Shown: positions 1 through 12,029, numbered from the stretch's first letter. The stretch is 64,000 bases of DNA from Eledone cirrhosa (GCA_964016885.1 OZ024742.1:69068001-69132000); one strand, 5' to 3'. Notes: generated by a model from the letters alone, not told the origin. Program-made: numbers and translations.

Positions 1-610
1 CATCTCAGGCTTTTAGTAAGATTTTAGTAAGAATTCCTTCTAAGATCTGCGTTTTTCGTCTCACGTACCCCTGTATAACATTACCAGTGAACTAGTTTAT
101 TTTTTAAAAACATTCATTCTTCAAGAATTTAGTAGATTCTTCCAATGTTCCTGGAGAGAAATTTCTGTTAGCTTTCATTTCATATCTCTCTTCTAGACCA
201 GTGGCTATCCTAAAAATGTGGTTATTTTCATGATCATAAACCTGAGCGAGATGGTTGCTGATCTTTTTTCTGTTGAAGATGTTGCTTCAGTGTTACTCTC
301 CGAGTCTTATATGTTGTTAATAAGGACTTTAGGCCCCGGTCATACTCTTTTCGTGGGAAATATAGCCTATCTACATCACCATGGAAGTAAAACTGAGCAG
401 CTTGCGAGTCCTTACATCCGTTCAGTTCGTGCAATTTCCAGTTCAGCAAGCCAAATGTTGGTATTAGGATGGGCACTGCAAACGTATTATAGGCAATGTA
501 CTCTGAGCGTTCTGATGGCTATATTTTCTTTACTTTCCTTAGGTATTCATTCCTGTCCTCTCCATATTATATCTGAGATACTCATCTTGTCTAAGGTTTT
601 CACGTCAAGC
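1..610 (-). mobile_element. Degenerate R4/Dong-type non-LTR retrotransposon fragment (RT thumb region)
   Basis: ORF 234..476 contains GDVDRLYFPRKEYDRGL, which matches SDVDRLYLRRSEGGRGL in the intact element at 3696..7088. The surrounding frame is broken. Confidence 0.55.
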
Positions 611-789
611 TGTTCATTTTTAGATTTTCAGAGACCATGCAAACACAAATTATATACAAACACACACTGAGAGAGAGAGAAAGCAGAGAGAGGGGGGGGG
701 GAGAGAAACACAAACGCACAAACAAGTACACATAGAGATACAGACACACACACACATATAAATGCACATGTACGCTAGATACAAATGAA

Positions 790-1150
790 TATATGGGAGA
801 GATGAATACTGATACAAGTATACATGTGTTCGAATTGCAAATGACCATGTTAGCTAGGTTGAAAAATACTAATTTAAAATAATATAGTTTGCCTGTCTCG
901 ATTCAAAATAATAAATCAATAAAAATAACAAACCTATATTGGCAATGGCCGTGATACACGGACAAATTCTAAATTTGTTTCGCAACAATTATTAAGTGAA
1001 AGTCACTATTCCTGTGTTCTTCTGCGGGTATCCAGGAAAATTCGTACTTTTCACTTCAAAATACTTAAGAAGACTGAGAAATGTGTTGTTGAACGCACAT
1101 GTGTCACAGCGCCTAACTCGTCTCATATACGTGCCGTTAAAAATAGCAGC
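790..1150 (-). mobile_element. Penelope-like terminal repeat remnant with a degenerate hammerhead (953..1032)
   Basis: Similar to 37490..37810. The minus strand reads GATACCCG-CAGAAGA...GC-GAAACAAAT...ATTTGTC-CGTGTATC. Confidence 0.4.
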
Positions 1151-1336
1151 CGGTTACGCATTTAATGAATATATACATTCTCACCTACGTGTAACACGAA
1201 CATGCATGCACTCAAATATAGATGATGCACCATCAGTCAGAGACACGTATAAAAACAGCACGCTACGCAAACAGGTCTGTATACGTGACTGTACACACAG
1301 AGATATACATACACATATACACATACAATCATAAAT

Positions 1337-1412
<76 letters not shown>

Positions 1413-1480
1413 TATATATATATATAAATAATATATATATATATAAATAATATATATATATATAATATATATATATATAA

Positions 1481-1520
<40 letters not shown>

Positions 1521-1537
1521 AATAATATATATATATA

Positions 1538-1591
<54 letters not shown>

Positions 1592-1596
1592 ACATA
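1337..1596. repeat. (CA)n/(TA)n/(TG)n compound microsatellite
   Basis: Direct inspection. Confidence 0.95.
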
Positions 1597-1628
1597 TATC
1601 AACCACATTGTATATGGAATTACGGATT

Positions 1629-1795
1629 GCGTTCAAATCCCGCCATACTTTCCAGCATAGTTACATCCCTTTACGGTCTGAGTTCAAATACCGCCGAGGT
1701 TAACTTTGCCTTTCATCCTTACGGGTCGATAAAATAAAGTACCAGTAATACACTGGGATAATTGCAGGCCTTGTGCCGAAAGTAGAAACAATTAT
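1629..1795 (+). mobile_element. tRNA-derived SINE, 5' rearranged
   Basis: B-box GTTCAAAT occurs twice. Core ACTTTGCCTTTCATCCTTACGGGTCGATAAAATAAAGTACCAG and 3' end GTAGAAACAATTAT are shared with five other copies in the window. Confidence 0.85.
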
Positions 1796-2239
1796 ATATG
1801 GGATTATTTGTCGTGAAATGCTACCAGTAGTATTGTCACATTAGTTCGGTATTTGACATTGCAAGTAGTGTCAACATCTCCACCACCACAACTGGGTCGG
1901 CTTCTGTTAAGTATTGGTGTACTCATATCATATAGTTGTTGTTGAACCTCATTTAACAACATGTTAAATTCATACTTTAGCACATTATGCAGTAAATTCC
2001 TTAAGCGGTGTAACACTGTATAATTACACACTCGCATAAACATACACGTGCATATAAATACATATATACACGCATGATGGCTGCCCCCTCGTTATTGAGT
2101 ATGGCCATTGCACGAGGAGAAAAAAAAAATTAATAAATAAATAAAAAAAAGAAAAAAAAAGAAATATATATATATATATACACGCACATACATATACATA
2201 TATACACACACATATATATATATATACACACACATATAC

Positions 2240-2248
2240 ATTAATAAC

Positions 2249-2298
<50 letters not shown>

Positions 2299-2303
2299 CA
2301 ATA
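2240..2303. repeat. (TAA)n array, probable 5' target flank of the Dong element
   Basis: Direct inspection. Dong elements are known to target TAA repeats. Confidence 0.85.
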
Positions 2304-2469
2304 AGGGAAGAAGACGCACGAGGTGACGGAGGTCATGAAATCGCTCCCGTAAGTTTTGAATTTTTAACATATTTAAATCATTTGTGAAATAACAACTCTT
2401 AGTACAAATGCTACGTAAAGCACCCGGCTTGAGCCCCAAAAAATTCGGACCCAAAATATATTGTTATAA

Positions 2470-3126
2470 GGCTCAAATATTCAAATATTCAACTTTGTAT
2501 TGTACACTGTATATCCAAAAAAAAATGGCTATAAATGGAAGAAGAAGAACCCCCCCCTCCTCTCCTCTGGCTACACTATATAGGACAGCTAAACTCACCA
2601 ACACCAGAAACTAGATACACCGCCCACCCCATCATCTGTGTACACTAAACACAACAGCATTTTCACCTTCACCGCCACCGCTCACTACGGCCATCATTAC
2701 CACCACTATCCCATCACCGCCGCCACCACCCCTTGACTCCTTCACTGCTGCTGCCACCGCTACAGCACCATCACTACAGTAATACGGCTCAAATATTCAA
2801 ATATTCAACTTTGTATTGTACACTGTATATCCAAAAAAAATAAAAAAATAAAAAAAAATAAAATGGCTATAAATGGAAGAAGAAGAACCCCCCCCCTCCT
2901 CTCCTCTGGCTACACTATATAGGACAGCGAAACTCACCAACACCAGAAACTAGATACACCACCCACCCCATCATCTGTGTACACTAAACACAACAGCATT
3001 TTCACCTTCACCGCCACCGCTCACTACGGCCATCATTACCACCACTATCCCATCACCGCCGCCACCACCCCCTGACTCCTTCACTGCTGCTGCCACCGCT
3101 ACAGCACCATCACTACAGTAATACGG
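2470..3126. repeat. Tandem duplication, two units of about 320-340 bp
   Basis: GGCTCAAATATTCAAAT...CAGTAATACGG starts at about 2470 and again at about 2786. The units are near-identical apart from A-run length. Confidence 0.9.
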
Positions 3127-3695
3127 TCGCATCACCGCCACCACTGCCTCGGTATCGACATCACCGCCACCACTGTCTCAGTATCGCCAACGCCGCTAGT
3201 CTCTGCTGGCTACCACTCCCACATTATAGAATTCCTACTACTAACAAAGAGGAAGGCATCAAAATATATAGATAGACTCAAAAGAAAAAAGAAAAAACAA
3301 ACAACAAAAGCAGCACAGCAACAACAGTAAAAAACGAGAAAAACAGAGAAAAACAAAAACAAAAAAAGAAACCCCAAAAACGTAAAGAAAATAAGAATGA
3401 AGAGAGAAGCAGGCGGACGGACAGAGAAGAGGGGGGAAAAAGTAAAACTTAAAAAACAAAAACTAAGTCAGACATTCGAATACTACATTACAATGAAACT
3501 TATGCTTATTCATTTTTGGGGCCCTTTCTGCCCGTGTGTTTGTTTGTTTATGTGTGTCCGTATACAGCGTGGTGATAATGCCACACAAGGGCCAAGTGGG
3601 ATGGCGGATCCACAGATGGCTATGTAAACATACATTCGCCAATCCTCGATAAGAGTGTTTAAATATCGAACATAAACAGTTCGAATAACGGTGAA

Positions 3696-6600
3696 ATGGA
3701 GACTAGAACGTCATGTGACAGACTCTCACCCAACAGGTGCCCCCTGGCTCAGCAGCAGGAACCTGACTGTCAACGAAATACTGCTGATGTTGGAGGAAGA
3801 AGAAGAAGGAAAGGGGCCAGAACCAACTGGACGAAAGAATTGAATAGAACTGTTATGCAATGCTACCTGAAAAGTAACCCCAAGGAGAGGGGCTACAGGA
3901 GACGGATGCATAACATCTGGAACGAGATTGGTTTATTTAAATTAGATGAACAAAAATTGGCCGGGCAGGCTCGGGTAATAAGAACTAATGGGTGGATAAG
4001 CGAGCTGGAACTGGAGGAACTGAGCAGAGAGAATGGCTTGGAGATGGCGGGTGTAGTATGCCAGACAAGCGAGCCGGCGGGAAATGAAGGTGAGGAGGTC
4101 CTGAGAGCGGAGGAACCACCCGAAGCAGACAATGATCTGAATACTGAGATAAATAATACCTGGAACAGAGATACGGCCACTGAGGAGATGAATGCTGACG
4201 GGCTAGGACAAGATTCGGTTGACATCCTAAATTTAGTGGTAGATGAGTTGAACAATGATAGTGGGAGACCTATGAACCTAAGATTTGTAGACAGGAAAAA
4301 GTTAAAAGAAACAACAGCTAAGGTAAACAAAGTCATCCCATACCTTGAGGCGAGGAGTCTTCACCAGTGCAACAATATCCTCAAAGCAACAGCAAATACG
4401 GTGAGGAAACTACTTGGTATAAAAGCGAGAGGAAACAACAGACAAGAAAGAGCAGAGCCGTGGTGGAAGAAGCGACTGAGTGGGCAAATCGGGGAAATGA
4501 GAAATGACATAGGAAAGCTTGAGTCACTACTGAATGGGACACTAAAAAACATAGGCACTAAAAATAGACTGGAAATAAAATACAAAACTAGGAGTAAAAA
4601 GCTAAATATTATCATAGAGGAATTGAAGCAACGCATTGTAGCAAAGAGTGCCAAAATCAGGCGATACGAGAACAGAGTCAGTCAGTATAAACAGAACCGC
4701 ATGTTCGACAACAACCAGAAGATGCTGTTTGGACAGCTTGAGGGGAAAGAAAGAGGCACCGACTTGATCCCTGGGGCGGAACAAGCTAAAACATTCTGGA
4801 GAGGAATATGGGAGCAGGATGTTAGACACAATGCCCAGGCAGGGTGGATTGAGACAGTACAGAGGGAGATCGGTGAGCAGGCACAGCAACAGACTGATTT
4901 GAGTATCACAGTTGAAACTCTTAAGGGGCAAGCCAAAAAACTAACCAACTGGAAATCACCAGGCCCAGATGGTGTGCAGGGGTATTGGATTAAACATTTA
5001 ACATCCCTCCACCCGAAGCTGACGGCCATGTTCAATGACTGCTTGGTGTCGGGTGAGGTGCCAGAGTGGTTGACAAAAGGTACCACAGTTCTGATAATGA
5101 AAGACCAAATCAAGGGTAATGATGTTACCAACTATAGACCTATCACATGTCTGCCCGTAATGTGGAAACTGTTGACGAGCATTGTGTCTGAGGAAATCTA
5201 CCATCACCTCCACACAAACAACTTGTTGCCGGACGAACAGAAAGGATGCCGAAAGAAGTCACGTGGTACAAAGGACCAGTTGCTTATTGATAAGATGGTA
5301 ATGGGGAATTGCAGGAGGAGACACACTGATCTTGCCATGGGATGGATAGACTACAGAAAGGCATTTGACATGGTGCCTCATTCCTGGATCACCAAAAGCC
5401 TGGAGATCTTCAGGGTGGCAGATAACATCAGACAGTTGCTGGGCAGGAGTATGGGGTCCTGGGAGACAGAGTTGACATCAACTGGAGTATCCTTGGGAAG
5501 CGTGAAGATCAAGAGAGGTATCTTCCAGGGAGATAGCCTGTCCCCTCTGTTGTTTGTCCTTGCCCTGATGCCCTTGACCATTATGCTGCGAAAAGTGAGA
5601 GCAGGATACAAGTTGGGAAGGGGAGAGCTTACCATCAATCACCTCCTCTTCATGGACGATCTTAAGCTCTTCGGGAAAAGTGAGAAGGAGTTGGATGTGC
5701 TTGTTGACACTGTCCGTATTTTCAGCAGTGATATATGTATGCAGTTTGGTATTGGTAAATGTGGAGTCATTGTGATGAGGAGGGGTAGGTTGAGCAGAAG
5801 TAACGGGATCCAGATACCAACAGGTGAGATGATAAAGGAAATTGACTCTGAGGAAGGATACAAGTATTTGGGCGTTCTGGAGGCTGATGGCATAAAGAAC
5901 AAAAAAATGAAGGAATTGTTAAGAACTGAATACATTCGGAGAGTAAGGAGCGTATTGAAGTCACATCTGAACAGCAGAAATGCCATAAGCGCAGTAAATT
6001 CCCGAGCTGTGTCTATTATTAGGTACAGTGCGGGAATTCTGAGATGGAATGTTGCTGAACAAAAAGAAATGGATAGGAAGACTAGGAAGCTATTGACTAT
6101 CTACAACATGTTCCACAAGAGGAGTGATGTCGATAGACTCTACCTAAGGAGATCTGAGGGTGGAAGAGGTCTTATCAGCATAGAGGACTGTGTTCAGATG
6201 GAGAAAAACAACCTATACAAATACGTGACCTATAGTAAGGAGCCAATGCTCAGAGCTGTACTGAAGGAGGGGACAGTAGGCCAGGGGATACCCAAGGAGG
6301 AAATAACATCAAGGAGGAAGAGCAGCCTTAAGGGAAAATCCCTTCATAGTACCTTCTTTGAGAAAACTGAATTTAGAGATCCACAGACATGGAACTGGTT
6401 GAGAAGAGGAGACCTCAAAAAGGCTACAGAAGGAATGCTAATGGCTGCGCAGGAGCAGGCCCTCAAAACGAAGTGGTTGAAGCACCATATCTACAAGGAG
6501 GAGGCTAGCCCACTGTGCAGGATCTGTGGAGAGAGAGAGGAGACTGTGGCTCACATTGTGTCCGAGTGTAAACACCTAGCCCAGACCCACTATAAGGGCT

Positions 6601-7088
6601 GGAGACACGATGTGATGGGCAGGGTGATCCACTGGCACCTGTGCAAAGTAAACAATCTACCACATTCTGAGAAATGGTATGAGCATAGGCCAGAGGCGGT
6701 GATGGAGAACAGTCAGGTGAAGGTGCTGTGGGATTTTAGGATACAGACGGACAAAAAACTGGAACACAATAGACCTGACCTGGTGGTTGTGGACAAAGAA
6801 AAAAGATCGTGCCTGATTGTGGATGTGGCCTGCCCGTTCGACACGAGAGTGCAAGAGAAGGAGAGGGAGAAAATTAACCGATACCAGGACCTAAAGTGGG
6901 AGGTGAAAAGGATTTGGAACTGCCATGAAGTCAAAGTGATCCCGATTGTCATAGGCGCACTGGGGACTATCTCCAAAGGTTTCCAGGGATGGTTAAAGAA
7001 AATCGGCCCCTTCACGCTTTTTGGAACGCTTCAAAAGGCATGCTTGCTTGGAACGGCAAGAACCCTCCGATACGTCCTGAATATCTGA
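3696..7088 (+). CDS. R4/Dong retrotransposon polyprotein: N-terminal Myb/HTH-like region, reverse transcriptase, CCHC zinc knuckle, restriction-like endonuclease (1130 aa)
   Basis: RT motifs KSPGPDG, NYRPITCL, WIDYRKAFD, GIFQGDSLSPLLF and LLFMDDLKLF. Zinc knuckle CRICGEREETVAHIVSEC, then RHD and RPDLVV..IVDVACP..EKINRY (PD-(D/E)xK). No stops or frameshifts. Confidence 0.95.
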   Translation: METRTSCDRLSPNRCPLAQQQEPDCQRNTADVGGRRRRKGARTNWTKELNRTVMQCYLKSNPKERGYRRRMHNIWNEIGLFKLDEQKLAGQARVIRTNGWISELELEELSRENGLEMAGVVCQTSEPAGNEGEEVLRAEEPPEADNDLNTEINNTWNRDTATEEMNADGLGQDSVDILNLVVDELNNDSGRPMNLRFVDRKKLKETTAKVNKVIPYLEARSLHQCNNILKATANTVRKLLGIKARGNNRQERAEPWWKKRLSGQIGEMRNDIGKLESLLNGTLKNIGTKNRLEIKYKTRSKKLNIIIEELKQRIVAKSAKIRRYENRVSQYKQNRMFDNNQKMLFGQLEGKERGTDLIPGAEQAKTFWRGIWEQDVRHNAQAGWIETVQREIGEQAQQQTDLSITVETLKGQAKKLTNWKSPGPDGVQGYWIKHLTSLHPKLTAMFNDCLVSGEVPEWLTKGTTVLIMKDQIKGNDVTNYRPITCLPVMWKLLTSIVSEEIYHHLHTNNLLPDEQKGCRKKSRGTKDQLLIDKMVMGNCRRRHTDLAMGWIDYRKAFDMVPHSWITKSLEIFRVADNIRQLLGRSMGSWETELTSTGVSLGSVKIKRGIFQGDSLSPLLFVLALMPLTIMLRKVRAGYKLGRGELTINHLLFMDDLKLFGKSEKELDVLVDTVRIFSSDICMQFGIGKCGVIVMRRGRLSRSNGIQIPTGEMIKEIDSEEGYKYLGVLEADGIKNKKMKELLRTEYIRRVRSVLKSHLNSRNAISAVNSRAVSIIRYSAGILRWNVAEQKEMDRKTRKLLTIYNMFHKRSDVDRLYLRRSEGGRGLISIEDCVQMEKNNLYKYVTYSKEPMLRAVLKEGTVGQGIPKEEITSRRKSSLKGKSLHSTFFEKTEFRDPQTWNWLRRGDLKKATEGMLMAAQEQALKTKWLKHHIYKEEASPLCRICGEREETVAHIVSECKHLAQTHYKGWRHDVMGRVIHWHLCKVNNLPHSEKWYEHRPEAVMENSQVKVLWDFRIQTDKKLEHNRPDLVVVDKEKRSCLIVDVACPFDTRVQEKEREKINRYQDLKWEVKRIWNCHEVKVIPIVIGALGTISKGFQGWLKKIGPFTLFGTLQKACLLGTARTLRYVLNI

Positions 7089-7204
7089 GGCTGCAGGTAG
7101 TGGCTTGATATTCAATCCAACGGACTTTCCAGTTAACCAACATCAATGACTGAGATTCAAGGAATAACAATAACAACAATAATAATAACGACAACAAAAA
7201 TAAT

Positions 7205-10200
7205 GATTTCTTTATTAACCACAAGGGTTTACATAAAGTAGACATTAAGGACAGCGCAGGACAATACAGGACGGTACAAATGGGCATTTCTGCGTGTAAA
7301 AAACAAAAACAGAGGATGTAACAAAAAAATAACAATGAAAAATTCCCCAATAGGGGGGAGACTTCGGAGGGACATTTGTGGAGAAAGCCCAGTAAAAGGC
7401 CACAGTGACCCTGACCACCAAGGCAAGTGCCCTCTCCCAGTTTTCCACCTTTAATTTACAGATATATACTCAGAGTAGGCCCATTCACTCGGGCCATTCT
7501 TGCTTCTCTCACCCATCTTTCAACAAAATGCTGGGAAGAGAGCACTTCCCTCTCTACTCTGATTGTCCTTTTCAAATGAAATTTGAAAAAGTCAATCAGG
7601 GCATCACCGAAGAGGTAAGTGCTCGTCTTCAGCCCTTTCAAACGTGTCCACCATACTATCTCTTTCGCCATGGCCACCAGACAGATAAAAATTGCCTGCC
7701 CTTCCCGGCTAAAGGAGGAGGGCGGGGCAATCCTCACGATGGACTCAGATGATAGCCGGATCCGTCCTACACGTGACAGCAGGTGTTCGACATAAACCCA
7801 CAAGTCAGCAATCTTCGGACACTGGACGAGTGCGTGCAGGACGGTTTCGTTGCCCTGCGCGCATCTCGGACATGCCCGGCTGACGGCACCTCCATGCCTG
7901 TAGAGTTTATTTGGAACTGGCAAGGCTCCTCGGTAGCACTGCCAGGCCAGAGATTTCTGGAAGTTGTCCATAGGCCCCGGCCCGAAAGTTCTTCCGAAGA
8001 GATTGGCTAGTTGATTTTCGTCGACGCCTATAGTTTCCCCAAGTACGTCGTCGCTCTTCCCCTCCACTAATCCTCTATAGAACGCGAAGGTGGAGTTTCC
8101 ACCGATCACATTGCCCGATTGGTCGAGGGCTGTGAGCGCCTGAAGACATTCCAGTCTCCAGGCGCTACCTCTCGGTCTTCGCTTGACCCAGGACTGCAGC
8201 TCCGTCAAGGAGATGAGCTGGGGATATACGTGTCTAGCAAACGGCGACCACACCTGATCACCGTCGAGGAAGAGGTGGAGATGTCGTAGCCTTAGCGCGT
8301 GTCTGCAAATCATCAGCCACGGCATGCCCAGCCCGCCACGTAGCGGGTGTTGACAGCCGCAGATGGACCGCCTGACAATCGGAGCGCGTCCCTTCCACAA
8401 AAGCGAAAGAGCAAACGCTCCAGCGCAGTCAGGCGGGGCTTAGGACAAGGTACGACGGTCAGGCGGTAGCAGATGACAGACGCGATGTACGCGTTAGCCA
8501 CCTCCGCTCGACCTTTCAGGGATAGCTTCCTCTCCGCCCATTTCTGGGTGAGAGAAGCCACCCTGCTCGTCACCTTGTCCCAGTTTTTGTCCGTCGGGAG
8601 GTCCGTACCGAACCAGACCCCTAGCAATTTAACAGGTCCGTCCGTCCAGCGTCCGACGACGCTGTTGGACGTAATGGACCTTCCTCTCCAGATGCCGAGC
8701 TGCAGGCCTACTGACTTTTCCTGGTTGATCATTGCTCCTGTCACCGCTTCGTATTCTCTTAGTGTAGTGCCGATCGTCTCGATGTGTTTGGCGTTCGACA
8801 CCACTACGGTGACATCGTCCGCATATGCTGACACAGATCTTCCGCATCCTAGTTCGCGCGGGACGCCCCTCAACGTCTCCAGTTTGTGCAGTAATGGCTC
8901 GAGAGTCAATACGTACAAGAGGGACGAGAGAGGACATCCTTGGCGGACCGAGCGCATAATGTTGAACGGTTCCGAAAGGTGACCGTTCACTCTCACCACA
9001 GAGCAGATGTCGCTGTGCATGGCAGCGAATCAGCCTCTGAAGACGGGCCCAAAGCCAGCCGCCCTCAGGACTGCCGCTAGGTAACGATGGTCGACCCTAT
9101 CGAAAGCTTTCGACTGATCTAAATTGATCAAGCACCCACCCATGCCAGGTTCCCTAGCTACCCTCTCTACGATGTATCGCATGAGGTGGAGGTTGTCTTG
9201 GATGGATCTGTCGGGAATGGCGCATGTCTGCGCCTCTCCCACCAGACCACCAACGACAAGCGCCAACCTCTTTGCTAGCACATTGGCCAAAATCTTGAAC
9301 TCTGTGTTTAGCAGAGTTATGGGCCTGAAATTATCTATGTTATCCCCCTTGTTCGGATCCTTTCTCAACAGTGCCACCGCTCCCCGGTTCACAGAGTTGG
9401 GAATTCTCCCGTTCTGTTGCCAGTTGCAGTAGACGTCAGCCAAGAGGCCTCCGAACAAGTCTGGCATCTGTACGTAAAGTTCATAGGGCAGACCATCCAA
9501 ACCAGGCGATTTACCCCTTGTGCAGCCAGTCATTGCCTTCCGTATTTCAGCGGCTGTTATCGGCTTTTCGCAACACTCCGCCTCAGTGGCCGAGAGCCGC
9601 AGCAGTCCGTCGAGGTAGACACTAAAGTCCATCCCTCGACCCGGCCCACCGCTGACCCTGAACAGCTGAGCGAAGTGTCGCTGAAAAGCTTCACACATTT
9701 GCCCGGGATCGAGTAGCATGCGCCCGTCGTGGTCCACCAAAGACCGGATCGTGGCTTTGTTTCCACAACGCGCCTCCGCCATTCGGGCCCATTGAACTTA
9801 TGCGATTTGTCCGAGTCCACATTGGCACATTCGGGAAATCCAATCGGTACCTGTCAGACAGTTCAAAACGCCTGAGCAGGTTGGTGAGGCTCTTGCACCC
9901 TCCTCCCCTATCCGCTAATCCCACACAGTCCCAGCGGGTATCTAAGATCCCGTTCCAGGCGACCACTAACACTAAAGAGCGGGACGTTCCAAGAAAGATC
10001 TCCAGACGCCGGAAGAAATCAGGCCGCCCTGCCCCTGTCGGGGCATAGACGGCCACTAGCCTGAAAGCTTACCGTATCCGTTAGATGAGTACACATCGTA
10101 GCCGCCGAAGATCGGTGCGAAGGCCCGTGCTTCGGAGATTCTGGTCTTGCTGATGGCCACTACATCTATGTTTAGTGACCTGAGGTCGTTGAGCAAGTGG

Positions 10201-11659
10201 CCCTGCTTCCATGACGACCCCAAGCCACGCGCATTTATGCTGCCTATTCTGAATGAGGTCATGTTGAAATGGAATGGAAAAGATGGGAAAGACCACTTAC
10301 CTTACTTTTCGTAGAGGAAGGATGGTTTGTCCATCCTTTTCACTGCTTGTGGCCTCCTCCGGAAGGATGTCCTTATAAATCCTCCTGGGGAGTGTTTGCC
10401 GGAAGTCTCCGATGTCTTTGGGGAATTTTTGTTTTAGTGTCGTGTACGTTTTCTGTGTGATGTGAGTGATTTGTATGTGTGGAGGTGGTGTGAACTTTTC
10501 GGTGGTTGTGTAGTCTTTTTTCTGTGATGCTGGTGTTGTGTTGCATGTAGTGTAATAATTGGTTGTTGTTCAAATTTAATGCTGTGTAGTGTGTATCGTT
10601 TTGGTTGTTTTTTTGTTTGCGTTTGTTGTGGGTTTGTTTCTGTTACGGTTTTTGGTGACTTTTGTGGTGTTGGTGATGGTGGTGTTGGGGTTATGATGGT
10701 GATGGTGTTGGTGTTTGTGATGATGGGGTTGGTGATGCTGGTGTGGATGGTGGCATATCTGTCTTAACTTTCTTGTTCGATAATTTATTTGTTTCCCTCT
10801 GTATTTTGTTTTTTGAGGGGGAAGGAAGAGAATTTTTTCTTTTTTGGTTTCTTTTTTTTTCTTTTTTCCTGATACCGTTTCCCACTCCTCGTCGTCACAA
10901 TCTGTCTCCAGTTGCGATAAGCCGGGCCTGGTGGATGGTGTAGGCGGCGGTGCTAGTTCTGGCGCGTTGGGTGGTGGTGGTGTTGGTTTTGCTACTGTTG
11001 CTGGGGTTGTTGCTGTTACAGTTGCTTCTGTTGTTGCTGCTACATTTGTTGCTGCTACAGTTGTTGCTGACATTTCTGCTGCTGGTGGTGTTGATGGTTG
11101 AGTCACTGGGGTGGGTAAGAGAGGTGGCCTCAACCTTTTAGCCTGAGGGCAGAAAGCCCTTAGGTGGGTTCCTTCACCACAAACGACACACCTAGGTCTT
11201 CTGCCCTCGACGATTACGGTGAGATGGCTGCCGTCAGTGAGGTCTATTACCTCTGGGATCTTCTCAATGCTTTTATGGTCTGCTTGGATCAGGAGCTCCA
11301 TCCCAGATCCGGACCAGTACTCCTGCTTTTCTTTCGCTATTTCAATTATCTTGTTGTTGGCGTCGATGCCGGCGAGGACGGCAGCCATTAGCCAGGGAAT
11401 TTCGATGGCCGGTGGAACGTGGGTCACCCTGATCTTCACAAGTCTCTGGCCCCAATAGCTTGGGACGAGTGTGAAGTCGTCACTTCTTAATGAGGCCATG
11501 GAGTGTTCTCTGGCCTCCTGTGGTGTTTCAAAGAACACGCCAACGGTTCCATACTTCTGCCCACGTCTGATGTGGGTTTCTTTTGCCCACACACGTCCCA
11601 AAGCTTTTTGGATTTGGGACTCGGATGCCCGTTCTAGTCAGCGAGATTTTATATTAATT
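7205..11659 (-). mobile_element. Tx1/L1-clade non-LTR retrotransposon, family A copy 1 (5' truncated, internally deleted, frameshifted)
   Basis: ORF1 10576..11601 has the knuckle CVVCGEGTHLRAFC. ORF2 fragments include APE (IGSINARGL), RT (KSPGLDG, NLDQSKAFD, RQGCPLS, AYADDV) and a C-terminal CPRC..ETVLHALVQC. The 3' UTR has AATAAA followed by a TTA-type tail. Highly similar to 47337..53070. Confidence 0.92.
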
Positions 11660-11915
11660 TACTCAAAAAGTAGAACTGGTCTGCATCATTGAATGCAAAC
11701 GAAGTCGCAGGTTTTATATCAGAGTGACCTTCTCCTAGAGAGATGTCTTTATAAATACTATGAGTTCTTGTTTTTCATCCTGCGATGCCAAAAATCATCC
11801 TCCGCACCAAGCATGCTTGGTGAGGTTGCCGGTTTAGTCGCTGACGACCCAACCATTCACAGGTTGTACAGGGTTACATTTTACCAGTAGTGCCGAAGGG
11901 CGGCCTGACGTAACC
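11660..11915 (-). mobile_element. Probable RTE-clade 5' UTR with a candidate HDV-like ribozyme (11828..11915)
   Basis: The minus strand carries TAGGAGAAGGTCACTCTGATATAAAACC, which resembles recalled RTE 5'-UTR motifs. It also carries ...TTGG-G-TCGTCAGCGA-CTAA-ACCGG, resembling HDV P1.1/P4/J4-2/P2. Confidence 0.45.
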
Positions 11916-12029
11916 ATACATACTTATATACATACATAAGCGCAGACTGCGCACTTGCACCACAATATGTTTATCACCCACATAGAATGCATGAAAATGA
12001 AACAATATGTTTACATGCACACACCCACG

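Larger units (their letters stand above)
2304..7162 (+). mobile_element. R4/Dong-clade RLE non-LTR retrotransposon, apparently full length (5' boundary uncertain, between 2304 and about 3480)
   Basis: Single intact RT-RLE ORF and a short 3' UTR, followed by degenerate (AAT/AAC)n at 7162..7205, with (TAA)n upstream. Confidence 0.8.

Noticed and set aside
7405-11692. Numerous plus-strand ORFs over the Tx1 copies and minus-strand ORFs over Dong
   Set aside because: They are antisense shadows of GC-rich TE coding sequence with no domain motifs.
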